IMG/VR virus record: IMGVR_UViG_3300037041_001930
Reading direction: 5' to 3' (one strand)
Origin: a virus
Lineage: Duplodnaviria; Caudoviricetes
Length of the DNA stretch: 64,000 nt
Shown here: positions 9,166 to 19,500 of the stretch, piece after piece
Numbering within the stretch: the stretch's first letter is position 1
How the letters are laid out: the number at the start of each line of letters is the position of its first letter
The notes under the pieces: model-generated
Database searches by the model: none
What the model saw: the letters and a program-made list of their open reading frames with translations, nothing else
Told to the model about the DNA's origin: nothing
Translations under genes and position numbers: made by a program

Positions 9166-10110
9166 TCATGGGGCAGGCTGGGCTTCCCCTTGTCTGCGGA
9201 TGGTATCGAAAACTACTTGTTGGGCCTTACGCCTCGCCGCTGCCTTGATCTTAGCCAATGCGATTTCCTGGGCTTTAATGGCAGCCGCGGAGCCGACTAT
9301 GCGCTCTACAGCTTTCACTTTTACCTGGGTCTCCGGGGATTTCCAGGCAGCTTTGGCGTCATCAACGGCCTCGCCTGCGATTTCCTTGCGGTCGTTCCAG
9401 ACATCAACGAGAGTCTTAAATATGGCTGAGTTCTTGAAATCGTCTTTATTCGAGTGCATCAGTGCCGCTGCTAAACGCTTGCCAGTATCCACTCGTGTCG
9501 GAGCAAAGACATTGCCTGCTCCAGTCATCGCGGCACGTGGGATGGTGTCACCGACGACATTGGGCAGCGTGAGCGCCTTCCGGGGCTGTGTGTAATCCTT
9601 GAATACGGGTTGTTCCTTGAATGTCCGCAGGAGCTCATCGAGGTAGACACGCCCCATCGCACGATTCACGGGGTTGGTGATATTCAGGGATCGCAAAGCA
9701 AACATGGGGAGATGCTCGGCGACCCGTGCAGGGGATACCGGCAACCCGGTTTCCTTCACGATCATGGCGGCCGCGGAATCATTGGCCCTACTGGCAGCAT
9801 CCCCGGCTGCGTATAGTCCGGTTCCCGCTGCGGTGGCCCCGAGCCCTGTGGCCAGGAACTTACCAGGTCTGGTGCCCATGCCCATGACAAGTCTGGGGAT
9901 CGAGGAGGGGCCCACCTTAGTGGTCCCCGTCCATTGCTGATACGGAGTCATCTGCCCCTTGGGGGTCATCACGGGTGTGTGGAATTTCTGCACGGCATCA
10001 GTGGCCTTGTTGACCACTGGTTTCACCGCGCTGACCCCGGACTTCGCCGCGTTCCATATCCCGCTAAGACTGGCAGCTGCGGTCTTCGAGATTACACAGG
10101 GCAGCCGCAT
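9166..10110 (-). CDS. Hypothetical protein with Gly-rich hydrophobic segment and N-terminal KTAA leader, 314 aa
   Basis: MRLPCVISKTAAAS...; FLATGLGATAAGTGLYAAG; TAATG overlap with the RNAP stop. Confidence 0.8.
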   Translation of the reverse strand: MRLPCVISKTAAASLSGIWNAAKSGVSAVKPVVNKATDAVQKFHTPVMTPKGQMTPYQQWTGTTKVGPSSIPRLVMGMGTRPGKFLATGLGATAAGTGLYAAGDAASRANDSAAAMIVKETGLPVSPARVAEHLPMFALRSLNITNPVNRAMGRVYLDELLRTFKEQPVFKDYTQPRKALTLPNVVGDTIPRAAMTGAGNVFAPTRVDTGKRLAAALMHSNKDDFKNSAIFKTLVDVWNDRKEIAGEAVDDAKAAWKSPETQVKVKAVERIVGSAAAIKAQEIALAKIKAAARRKAQQVVFDTIRRQGEAQPAP

Positions 10111-13100
10111 TACTTGGACCCCTTACCAGAGTTCAGGATAACCACGGGGTCGGCGACACCAAGATCCCCCCTGAGGTAGGCCTGGTAGGCGTCCTCCTTG
10201 GAGGCAAAGGTGCGCGGAGTCTTGTTCTTCTTGATACTGGTGGCCAAGTAGAGCCCGGCGAGATAATCCTTGTCAGGCTTGAGATGGACGTCGAAATCAG
10301 CGGGGTGCCAGAGGTTCTTCGAGGGCATCATCTTCTCGATGACATCCCTGACGGCGTCGTGATGCGAGGGCACATGCAAATTGATCTTGTCGCCGTCGAA
10401 GTCCAGGTTCGCCCCGGGTTCGACGACCTGGGGGACCCCAATGTTGTTGCCTCTGGAGAGCACGGGCCAGGCCCCAACATAGTTGTAGCGTTGCAGTGCA
10501 GGGGCGCGATCCCAGTACACGGGGCGAGTCTTCATCTCGTTCTGGAGCTCACGGAGTGCAGCGGGCTTCTGTTCCCGTACAGCCATGACGGCCTCACGAG
10601 CACTCCACCCCGATCGGACGAGACGCCGGATCACATAGGGGCGATACACGGTCCACGCCATGTCCTTGGGGATCGAGACCTGGTCCATGTCGAGTTCGGG
10701 GTCCGGGGTGGCGACACCACGACCCACGGTATCCACGGCCTGGCCGAGCACCTTGCGCTGGAATCTCGCAAACTTGGGGGAGTCGCCGACACCAATGGCG
10801 TTCTGGAGAAGCCCCTTGACGCCCTGTTCGACATGCTTGGGGTTAATGGGGGCACCTAGACCCGCGACGGCTTTGGCAGCCGCGTACATGGCACCGTATT
10901 CCTCACCGGCATCCCCAAAGGTCTTCTGGGCCTCCGTGTAATTCTTCCCGGACTCCATGAGATCATGGTAGAGATAGTTGGCGTCATGGATGATATCCAT
11001 TTTACCAGCACGTATAACAGGCCTGAACTTCGGAGGTATAACAGGGATCTTGGAGATCATGAGGTCTCCGGGATCGACGCCTGCGGACTTCAGACCACTG
11101 AGATAGTTGAGGGCACGGACATGGACATCACGGGATGACTTCGATCCCGTCTTGACCCCCTGGATGTGCATGGCGATCTCGCGTTCAACATTGATCCCCT
11201 TGAGCGCAGTCTCAATGGCTTCAGGCCCAGTCTTGTCGCCAATCTTCTCCTGCCCACTGAGGACATCGAGGAACCTCTGCTTGGTGAGGCCAAGTATCCG
11301 GATGATGGGTTCCTCCATCACGGGATTCGGGATCTTCTGGGGCAACTCGATCTTGGTGAAGTGGCGGCCATCGGCACCACCTGTCTTCGCGAGATCGAAG
11401 AGGCCGCCATCCTTGGGCTGCATGGTCTCGAAGTCAAAAGTCTCCGATGTCGAGACTGAGTGCTGGGCCAGGGCATCGGTGTCCGCATCAGTCATCGGGG
11501 CGAGCTTGAGCCTGCCCTGGTTCTCACGCACGTTGACCCCGGCACCCTTGAGGAGGGTGAGGAAGTGACCGTGTGCACCCGACGCCTCGGGCATCACGGG
11601 ATCCATACCAAGTTTCACGGAGCGCCAGTAGTCATCGTTGCGTTGCCCACGAATCAGCTTGGCGTCTTTCAAAACATTTGTGGCACCGGCACTTAGGAGG
11701 CATTGCACGCCAAGCAGAGCAATTTTCTTACTACCTGAGCTGCCACCTTTGGCAGGCGAATCATCGGATGTGTAACCCCCGGTGTCCCGTGCGGCGAGGC
11801 CAGACTCCGCGGTGTGATGTAACCGCATGAGATGCTGGACCCCAGTGAAGATGCCCTTGATCTTCCGCCCCGTCCTGGGATCAGTGACATCATCGAGTTC
11901 ATCGACACCGTTGGCCTTGGCCTCGTTCAACGCGAACTCACCGAGGTCATCGTGGTCAAATGATTTTAGAACGTATGGTTTCCCGGTTTTCTGGGCCACC
12001 TTACCTAGCAGGGTCTCCGCGAGCACTGATGGGTTCGCTCGGGAGATGACCCCAAGGGCATTAACGATGACATCCAAGGGCTTGCCATCCGCACCCACTG
12101 GCATCTCACCATCGGGAACTATCTGGGAGACGACACCTTTGTTGCCATAGCGTGCTGAGAGCTTGGAGCCCTCAGTCATGGGCTCCACACTGGAGATCAT
12201 GACCTTGATGCCCTTGCGGGTTCTCACGACATCTGTGACCTGACCGGGGGTCGAGTGATCCCAGGTCTGCGAGGCATCAGAGAACGCTGATCTCGCCGAT
12301 GGGGTGACGACCCCACCAGGTCTCGGGGTCTTCTTGCGCACCGCGAGGAGCACGGGATCCCCGGGCTGCACAATGGTGCCCTCTTTGATCACACCGTCGT
12401 CATCGATACCCGAGATCTGCTCAGGTTTGTACTTACCCTGGAAGATCGAGGAGTAATCCGCTTTCTTCGTGGAATGAATGTTCTTATCGAGTTCAAGTTC
12501 ATGTTTGTAGGCGTGCTGTGAGGACAGCCGGCGAGCCGCGGATTCCGAGATGACAAAACCATCTTCATATGTTCTGCCGCTTCCAACCATATAACCAACA
12601 TTTAAGTTTGTACCCAGTGTTGCCTGGCCTTTGTCATCCGTGAAGTTCGATTTCGCGAGGACATCCCCGGGTTTGAAACTATCACCTTCGCGAACCAATG
12701 GTGTGTTGTGCAGACTTGTTTTACGCGCCAGGGGGTAGTTGTTATACAACTCATGTCGTTCCTTCTTGCCCCCAGCGTAGACGACATCGATGTGGTCTGG
12801 TGTCACGGCGACAACACGCCCGGGTGCCTTGGCCTTCACGGCGCCCATCCAGGTACCCATGGAGTCATGAATCGAGGTGCCGTCGGGATTCGCGGCTTGA
12901 ACTAAAGGGGCCTCAGGCGCTTGTAGCGGGAGGGCCTGTGACGTCATTCTTGCCCCCATCAGGGTTCTCTGTGACTTCGCACCTTGGGTCATCGGGACCA
13001 TATTGGTGAGCCTGGAGAACATCGAGGACCCATGGGGGAGTTCGTAGTCGACCTCTGCGGCGGGCTTCCACTTAATGTCTTCGCCATCGAGAACGCGTAC

Positions 13101-14657
13101 CATCGGTGGCAATGGCTTCCCGAGACCGTGCATGCCCACGGACGCCGAGAGCTCGGGATCCCTGGAGATGTCATCCATGGTGACCACGTGGTCCACATAC
13201 TTTCCATCATCACCAGGCAGGGGTACCTTGTAGAACTCGCGCTTCGCCGCTTTCGCGAACTCACCAGGAAACGCAATGGGCTTCTGGGAGGCCTGAAGTG
13301 CAGACAGCGTGACTTCCTCACCCTTGCGTGATCGCACCTTGAAATAAAGGCGACCATCGGAACCCTTGAGGGCGCCATCGGTGAGACGCATGTCGACACC
13401 GATGTTCTGGCCTTCAGGTGCCCGGATGGGATCAATGATACCGAAGTAGCTGGGCTGGACACCGCGTGCTGAACGCGGTACGGCTTGGTTGGACGAAATC
13501 CCGCCCTCGCCGAGGCGCGTTATGGTCTGACGGGCATCCATGATCTCCAGGGGATTCGTGTCTTCCACTGAGCTCATGAGTCCACTTTGAAACACGCCAT
13601 CCACTGCTGGGTTCAGGAGTCCTGGGGATACGTTTCCAAGATTGCCCTCACGGGTCGCCCGCCACAGCAATTTTCGCATGGCGTCACTGCCACGACTCAA
13701 GCGTTCCTCGAAGAAGTCCTCGGGGCCATGGAAACTCTGAAAGGCCTGAGAATCCCGGACATCGTCGGGGACCTCATCACGACTCCGCTTCAACATCTTC
13801 GTAGTCGCATTCAACATGGTGTCGAGATTGAAATTCTTGTACTTGGCTCCCAGCGTGGTCTCAGTGGTTTCCTCGTCGAGCTCGGCTCTTCCAAGGATCT
13901 CATGGAGTTTGTCTTTGAGGAGTTCGGTTGCCGTGTCTTGGTCACCTCGACGCCCCATCTTGGCCACGATCTTACGAGCCTCCTGGGCGTCGTGCCCACC
14001 AGGTGGGCGCCAGTTCGCCTTGAATAGATCATCCCCCCAGGCTTCCCTGATGGTTGCATCGGGGACCCCCATGGATCTCAGCAAGGGGTACAGCCGGGTT
14101 CCACTCTGGCCCACGTTCAACTTGAACACGCCTGTGGAGGGCTCGAGCTGGAGATCGAAGCCCCGACCACTGCCTGGCTTCGGATTCACCTGAGCCTTGA
14201 CGTCCCCGTTCTGCTGGCGGAGCACGTAGACCCCGGGGCGCAGGCGCTGCTGGTTCTTGGCGGCCCAAATGGTGCCCCCGCGAACAAAGATGCCACGTGG
14301 GGTCAAATGGGGGACATGCGCAAGGGTGGTCTCGGTTTCATCGACGACTGCACCGGATGCCTTGTCGACCAAGCGAACCCTGCCCTTGATGGCGCGCTGC
14401 ATGCTCTGACGAGACATCAGCGCTTTCTTCTCATCACTGAGGCTGGGGTTGTAGTCCTGGGCGTAATCGGAGTCTGCGATCTCAACCCTGTACTTCTCAT
14501 TCTCGACAGGCTTCAGGGCACGGACCCCGCGCAGTGCATTCGAGTAGATGGCGTCGCGTTGTCCGCTGACGTCATCAAAACTTCTATGGGTCACCGGGGC
14601 TACGGGACTCGGGCTACCCACGGGGGTATCAAAGGCGCCTTTGAGATCGCCTATCAT
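10110..14657 (-). CDS. rpoB: DNA-directed RNA polymerase beta::beta'-N fusion subunit, 1515 aa
   Basis: beta motifs RLRPGVY, NPLE..TRLGEGG, PEGQNIGV, RMTSQALPL, GSKLSARYGNKGVVS, DVIVNALGVISRAN; then beta' motifs DGGLFD, IPVIPPKFRP, RKVLGQAVDTVGRGV, RAPALQR and catalytic NLDFDGD (10389-10409). Confidence 0.95.
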   Translation of the reverse strand: MIGDLKGAFDTPVGSPSPVAPVTHRSFDDVSGQRDAIYSNALRGVRALKPVENEKYRVEIADSDYAQDYNPSLSDEKKALMSRQSMQRAIKGRVRLVDKASGAVVDETETTLAHVPHLTPRGIFVRGGTIWAAKNQQRLRPGVYVLRQQNGDVKAQVNPKPGSGRGFDLQLEPSTGVFKLNVGQSGTRLYPLLRSMGVPDATIREAWGDDLFKANWRPPGGHDAQEARKIVAKMGRRGDQDTATELLKDKLHEILGRAELDEETTETTLGAKYKNFNLDTMLNATTKMLKRSRDEVPDDVRDSQAFQSFHGPEDFFEERLSRGSDAMRKLLWRATREGNLGNVSPGLLNPAVDGVFQSGLMSSVEDTNPLEIMDARQTITRLGEGGISSNQAVPRSARGVQPSYFGIIDPIRAPEGQNIGVDMRLTDGALKGSDGRLYFKVRSRKGEEVTLSALQASQKPIAFPGEFAKAAKREFYKVPLPGDDGKYVDHVVTMDDISRDPELSASVGMHGLGKPLPPMVRVLDGEDIKWKPAAEVDYELPHGSSMFSRLTNMVPMTQGAKSQRTLMGARMTSQALPLQAPEAPLVQAANPDGTSIHDSMGTWMGAVKAKAPGRVVAVTPDHIDVVYAGGKKERHELYNNYPLARKTSLHNTPLVREGDSFKPGDVLAKSNFTDDKGQATLGTNLNVGYMVGSGRTYEDGFVISESAARRLSSQHAYKHELELDKNIHSTKKADYSSIFQGKYKPEQISGIDDDGVIKEGTIVQPGDPVLLAVRKKTPRPGGVVTPSARSAFSDASQTWDHSTPGQVTDVVRTRKGIKVMISSVEPMTEGSKLSARYGNKGVVSQIVPDGEMPVGADGKPLDVIVNALGVISRANPSVLAETLLGKVAQKTGKPYVLKSFDHDDLGEFALNEAKANGVDELDDVTDPRTGRKIKGIFTGVQHLMRLHHTAESGLAARDTGGYTSDDSPAKGGSSGSKKIALLGVQCLLSAGATNVLKDAKLIRGQRNDDYWRSVKLGMDPVMPEASGAHGHFLTLLKGAGVNVRENQGRLKLAPMTDADTDALAQHSVSTSETFDFETMQPKDGGLFDLAKTGGADGRHFTKIELPQKIPNPVMEEPIIRILGLTKQRFLDVLSGQEKIGDKTGPEAIETALKGINVEREIAMHIQGVKTGSKSSRDVHVRALNYLSGLKSAGVDPGDLMISKIPVIPPKFRPVIRAGKMDIIHDANYLYHDLMESGKNYTEAQKTFGDAGEEYGAMYAAAKAVAGLGAPINPKHVEQGVKGLLQNAIGVGDSPKFARFQRKVLGQAVDTVGRGVATPDPELDMDQVSIPKDMAWTVYRPYVIRRLVRSGWSAREAVMAVREQKPAALRELQNEMKTRPVYWDRAPALQRYNYVGAWPVLSRGNNIGVPQVVEPGANLDFDGDKINLHVPSHHDAVRDVIEKMMPSKNLWHPADFDVHLKPDKDYLAGLYLATSIKKNKTPRTFASKEDAYQAYLRGDLGVADPVVILNSGKGSK

Positions 14658-14659
14658 GG

Positions 14660-15427
14660 TTACCCCGTGATCTCAGTAGCCGGATCACGTTTCTTGAGAG
14701 TTGGAACCATAACAGCCATCGGGGTACTCGCCCCCACGTTGTTGAGGTAGTCGCGCATCGCCTTGGCTTTGGCGCGATACTTATTCTCGTCTTTGTTCTT
14801 GTTATACGCGTTCATGGCCACGATGGTTCCCGCGATACCCAGAGGGATCCCAATGGGGGCCAGGACTTCACCGACACCGGCGGCACCACGCATCCCGAGG
14901 TCCGCGATGAAGCCTGCGGTCTTCGGTAACTCAGCGGTATGACTACCGACTTCCGAGGTACCCAGGTTTTCCACATAGACGTCTTCGGCAACCTTCATGG
15001 CGCGGGAGAGCCCGGCATCCGCGGGGTCGGGTTCACCATTGATCAAGGCCTGGACACGTTTTCTGCTGCGCTCCAGTGAGCTCATCGCTTTGGCTTTTCG
15101 CTTCTTGTCCAGGAAACTATCGAGGGCAGACCAGCCACCAACTGCGGACAGGGTGCCAATGCTGCCTTGCACCGCTGTATCCAGAATGTTGTCGGCTGCT
15201 GTTTTAACTTTGATGCCCTGCTTCTTGAGCTCCTTGGCCTCTTCCTCACTGACATCCACGGGGACCTCAACCGCTGAGCTCTCCCCCGGGGGCAACTTGA
15301 CAGGAGCACGGGTGCCCGACTTATTGGCGATGTCGTAACCCCATCGGGCCAGACGAGCACCAACACCGAGTCCGAGACCGGCGATAGCTGGGAACGCGAC
15401 ATCACTGTAAGTAAGATTGAGTGCCAT
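14660..15427 (-). CDS. Membrane protein with three Gly-rich hydrophobic segments separated by KTA motifs, 255 aa
   Basis: FPAIAGLGLGVGA / KTAA...GSIGTLSAVGGWSAL / KTAG...LAPIGIPLGIAGTIVAM. Confidence 0.8.
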   Translation of the reverse strand: MALNLTYSDVAFPAIAGLGLGVGARLARWGYDIANKSGTRAPVKLPPGESSAVEVPVDVSEEEAKELKKQGIKVKTAADNILDTAVQGSIGTLSAVGGWSALDSFLDKKRKAKAMSSLERSRKRVQALINGEPDPADAGLSRAMKVAEDVYVENLGTSEVGSHTAELPKTAGFIADLGMRGAAGVGEVLAPIGIPLGIAGTIVAMNAYNKNKDENKYRAKAKAMRDYLNNVGASTPMAVMVPTLKKRDPATEITG

Positions 15428-15436
15428 GACGGGATC

Positions 15437-15859
15437 CTATTGTTCCGGGGACGCCTGTAGAGGGGCGAATCGGCGCGGGGGTCGAGGTGATCCAGGAAGT
15501 CCGTAATCGAGTGCAGACCATCGCATGAATGCTTTATACTTTCCGGTCTTCTCGGAGAAATCCACCCGATTCTCAGATAACACTGCACGGGCCTCAGCGA
15601 TGTCCTGCCAAACCCTACGATAGGCTTCCAGGTGGTCTGGGTTATCGAGATCGAATACGGCGACCTCAGGAGTATAGAACTCCTGGACTTGTTTGGAGTC
15701 GGGATCCTTGGGATGGATCAGTGGGACTTCCCCAGTGATCGGGACTTCACGTGGTGCCGTGTGGCGTACCACCCGCATGCCCTGAGGCAGGGGTACCCGG
15801 GTGCCCTGGAGGACCTGGTTGGCGTTAATGGTTCCTGGAGGCAGGGGGTTAGAGCTCAT
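15437..15859 (-). CDS. Hypothetical protein, 140 aa
   Basis: Operon-packed ORF with 3-9 nt gaps. Confidence 0.75.
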   Translation of the reverse strand: MSSNPLPPGTINANQVLQGTRVPLPQGMRVVRHTAPREVPITGEVPLIHPKDPDSKQVQEFYTPEVAVFDLDNPDHLEAYRRVWQDIAEARAVLSENRVDFSEKTGKYKAFMRWSALDYGLPGSPRPPRRFAPLQASPEQ

Positions 15860-15862
15860 CTC

Positions 15863-16591
15863 TCAGAACCTCATGGATTGTTTGGGGGCCGTGCGCTTGG
15901 CAAGAATAGATGACAAAATCTTATTCGTGCGCTGTGACTTCAACTGATCCGCTTTCTGCTCTAGGAGTCGCTTCTCAACCATGACACGCTCGATGTCTTC
16001 ATCAGTGGCGTCTTCCCCAAAGATATGCCCCATTGTGGTCCCCGCGGTACCATAGAGCCCAGCGGACGCCGAGGTCACACCTTTGATCGGTGCGGTGACC
16101 AGAGTGGGGTCCACGAGAAACGAGGCGGCTTCCTTGACGTGACCAGTCTTACAGAACCCGGGGTGATCGATGAGCCCAGAGGCCCGGGCACCCTCGAGGT
16201 ACCCAAGTCTGACCGCGTTGCGGACGTCCCGCTCAATCGCGAGTTTAATGAGTTCTGCCGGCTTCATTTTTGCTGTCTCCATTCCAGTTTTCATATTGAG
16301 TAGCGTCCCCAACCCAGCCCCAATGGTCTTCATTGTCGACGCCGTGGAATCGCTGACCCCCAGCCACTTCGCCGCGAGGGCACCGATGCCGAGGCCGACG
16401 CCGGCGCCCAGGGCACCCTGGACGACCTGAGTAGGCGTGATCCAGGGTTTGGCTGCCGGCTGCTGAGCTGCGGCACGATCAATGATCTCAATGCTCTTCA
16501 CCTTGTCCCAAAGATTCAAGGATGGGTCAGTGAAGACCCTGTCCTTGGCATCGCTCACCGCGATCATAGCCGCTGCGGATTCCATAGTCAT
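15863..16591 (-). CDS. Gly-zipper membrane protein, 242 aa
   Basis: VVQGALGAGVGLGIGALAAKWLG; HVKEAASF motif; ATGA overlap. Confidence 0.8.
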   Translation of the reverse strand: MTMESAAAMIAVSDAKDRVFTDPSLNLWDKVKSIEIIDRAAAQQPAAKPWITPTQVVQGALGAGVGLGIGALAAKWLGVSDSTASTMKTIGAGLGTLLNMKTGMETAKMKPAELIKLAIERDVRNAVRLGYLEGARASGLIDHPGFCKTGHVKEAASFLVDPTLVTAPIKGVTSASAGLYGTAGTTMGHIFGEDATDEDIERVMVEKRLLEQKADQLKSQRTNKILSSILAKRTAPKQSMRF

Positions 16592-19500
16592 GGTTTCTTA
16601 CCTCCCGCCAAGCCCCAAGAACGCAGTTTTAGATCAGTATTGTTGGCTAAGCCAGTCAGGCTCCATCTGCTCGCCTTTGGTTTACCAATGCGGTTTCCAG
16701 TCAGATATGCCAGCAGGGCCTCAAACTGGTCATCGTTGATGCCTTTGAAATAGGGGTCCGAGGCCTCGACACGAGATTTCAAAAAACTGGGCATGAAGTC
16801 ATGTGCGAGTTCAAGGCTGTTAAAGAATCTGGCGTTATCAGGGGACTTCATCCACTGCTGCCATTTCCCCTCGTCTGCCGAAGCCTGCCGCATGACTTCC
16901 AAGCGCTCCTTGACCACCTTGGCACGATAATCATCCATCTTCTTGGGATCCGCCTTGATCTGTGCGAGAAGATCTGGATCCGTGGGTGGTGGGATCTCAC
17001 CACCTGCGTTGTTCAAGGACTGATATCTCTGGTATGCCCCATAAGCGCCACCACCTAGGACAAGTGCCCCCATGATGGCGCCGGCCTTACCACCCATGAG
17101 CATGAGCACGAGACCCACGGGGATCGCGGCGAGGTCGAGGTTGTACTTTTGCGCCCAGTCCATGCCCTCTTGGGCCTTCGCCTTGGCCTGATCCCATACC
17201 GAGGGGGCCTGAGGAGGCTTCGTGGCATCGGGGCTGGTGGGTGTGGCCTGCGTCGTCGCTGAGACAGTCGTGCTGGTAGCCGTGGTCTGCGGTGCCTGTG
17301 TCGACTTCCGCTTGGCAGCCTGTGATTTCGCCACCGCATCTGACTTTTCCTGCTGGGTCAACGCAGGGGTCCCCGTGTTGCCACCAGTCCCAGGAGGGGG
17401 CTGGGGAGCCGACGGGGGTGTCTTGATCGAGTTTGTGTACGTCTTCCCCATGTCGCCGGCGTCAGGAGTTGCCGGAGGGGGCTGTGACGTGGGCTGTTTC
17501 TGCATCCCCATCATATTCTTCGCCCAGTCTATGGCGCCCTCAGCCAGAGGCCTCATCGGCTTCACGACGTTTTCGAGAGGGGTCCCACCATCAGCGGATT
17601 CCGCGGCGAGCTTGCACCCACGCCCCCACACCTTTGCGAAAGCCTTCTTTGGGTTGCCAATTACAGGCGGAGTATTCGAGACAACAGGTTTCACGGGTTG
17701 GATCTCCGTAGGCTTGACCTTAGCGGGTTCTTGGGGTAGGGGAACCACTGGGGCTTTCGGTGCCTCGACTTTAGTAAGATTTTTCCGGTAAGCCTCGTAA
17801 TCCTTTATGGCCTGTGCTCGGTTTCCACCTGCTCTCTTGTCCCAGTACGCCGAACTCCAGCTCTGCTCAGCGGGATCCCCTGGTGGCGTCTGTGGTGTCG
17901 AGTGACCCCTGAAGCCGCCTGGGAACATGTCACGGTACACCTTGGGGTTCTCGTGCATGTGAGTGATGACATCCTCCCGGGTCACCGGGCGTGCATTAGC
18001 ACCCTCACCAATGCTCTGAGTGGGTTTTCCATCAGCACCCATGATGTATTCAGGTGCGGGTTGAAAGGGGTCAGGGGCTTCGCCTGCTTTGGCCTGGTGC
18101 TGCCGCCAGTACGCATCCATGTTCTTGAATGTCTCCGGGGACTTCGCAGCCCAGAACTCGGGGTGCGCGGTCTGATACCTGGATACCCCGGTGAGGTAGA
18201 GGCCTGGGTTGGTAAGCGGGGAGTCGACTTGGTACCCACGACGGATGGCCTCGGGGCTCACCTGCATGATGCGGCCAGTGGTCTTATTGAAAGTCCACGC
18301 CGGCGCATTGTCGCCCTGGGGATCCCACTTCGAGGAGTCAAACCCATAGGCTTGTTCCTTGAACCCCTTGGGGGCCTCCTGGCCCTCGGCGAGGTCATGT
18401 GAGTTACCCTTGGCATCGACGTAGTACCTGCCCTGCACAGCCGGGGGTTCTACTTTATCAAAGCCATACTTCTCTCCAAGTTCCTGTAACAGTTTATTGG
18501 TTGCCTCTGGGTTTACGAAAGTGTTATCTTTGAATCTCTCAAATCCAGCAGCGCCTCCCAGGGTATGGCCGCCTTGAGACCGGACATCCTGGTTCAGGGC
18601 GTGCAGGGAAGCATTGGCACGTGTAAATGGCGCCAGGACTGCCTTGGCCGTGGTCTCCGGGAGTCTGGACAACTTGGCCTGGAAAATGGACTCAGCGTTG
18701 GGATCCTTGGGGTCGATGTCCAGGCGCTGATACGCCGCGGCTTTCGCGGCCTCCCTGCGGTCCTCGAGTACGATGCGTTGGTTCTTCAGGGAGTCACCCC
18801 CCATGGAATCAAACCCGTATCTGGAGTTCATGGGGTTACCGGGTCCCCCGAATGTCTTCCCGCCCCATGAATACTTGTCACTGGTGCGATCGCTGCCCCG
18901 GTACTCGACGAGGAGATCCCCGAGTCCGTTCTTCTTGAGATCATCTACGATCTCTTGTTTTCTCAGCGCACCTCGCTGGAGCATCTTGGGCTTCATGACA
19001 TCCGTGTAATCCGTGGTCTTCACCCTGGCCTTGGCCATGATCTGCTCAGGTGTGAGCCCCGTGGAATCCGTGATCAGCTTCGTGGTCTCCGGGGCCCCCA
19101 GTGCCTGGATGTCCTGGGGGTCCATTAGGGTGTCCAGGATACCCTGGACCCCGCGGTGGATGGCATGTGGGGAGTTCCGGGAGATATCGAACCGAGGCTT
19201 CTCGCCAAACCCTGCCCCAGTGGAGAAATCGTTAATCTGCTGTGTCGCCGGCGCAATCGCCGTGGAGGCCTGCGATAGCACTGAGGCGAGTTCGTCGTGG
19301 GTCTTCACGGACTCCAGGTTATTGACGATGCCATCAGTCTTGGACTGCCAGTGGGCCTGAGCACGTTGCGCCAACTGGTCCTTGTACGCCGCGGGGAGGT
19401 GCATGTATAACGGACTGGTGTCCAGGGCATCCCGCACCGTTGTCCTCACGCGATCATGAGTCGCCGCAACTGAGGTCCTCGCGATGTCCCTGAGATCACG

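Noticed and set aside
11496-11507. KLAP at the beta/beta' junction as a K-x-A cut that would separate the fused subunits
   Set aside because: It aligns with the conserved IKIALASP at the start of beta' and has Pro after Ala, so homology explains it.
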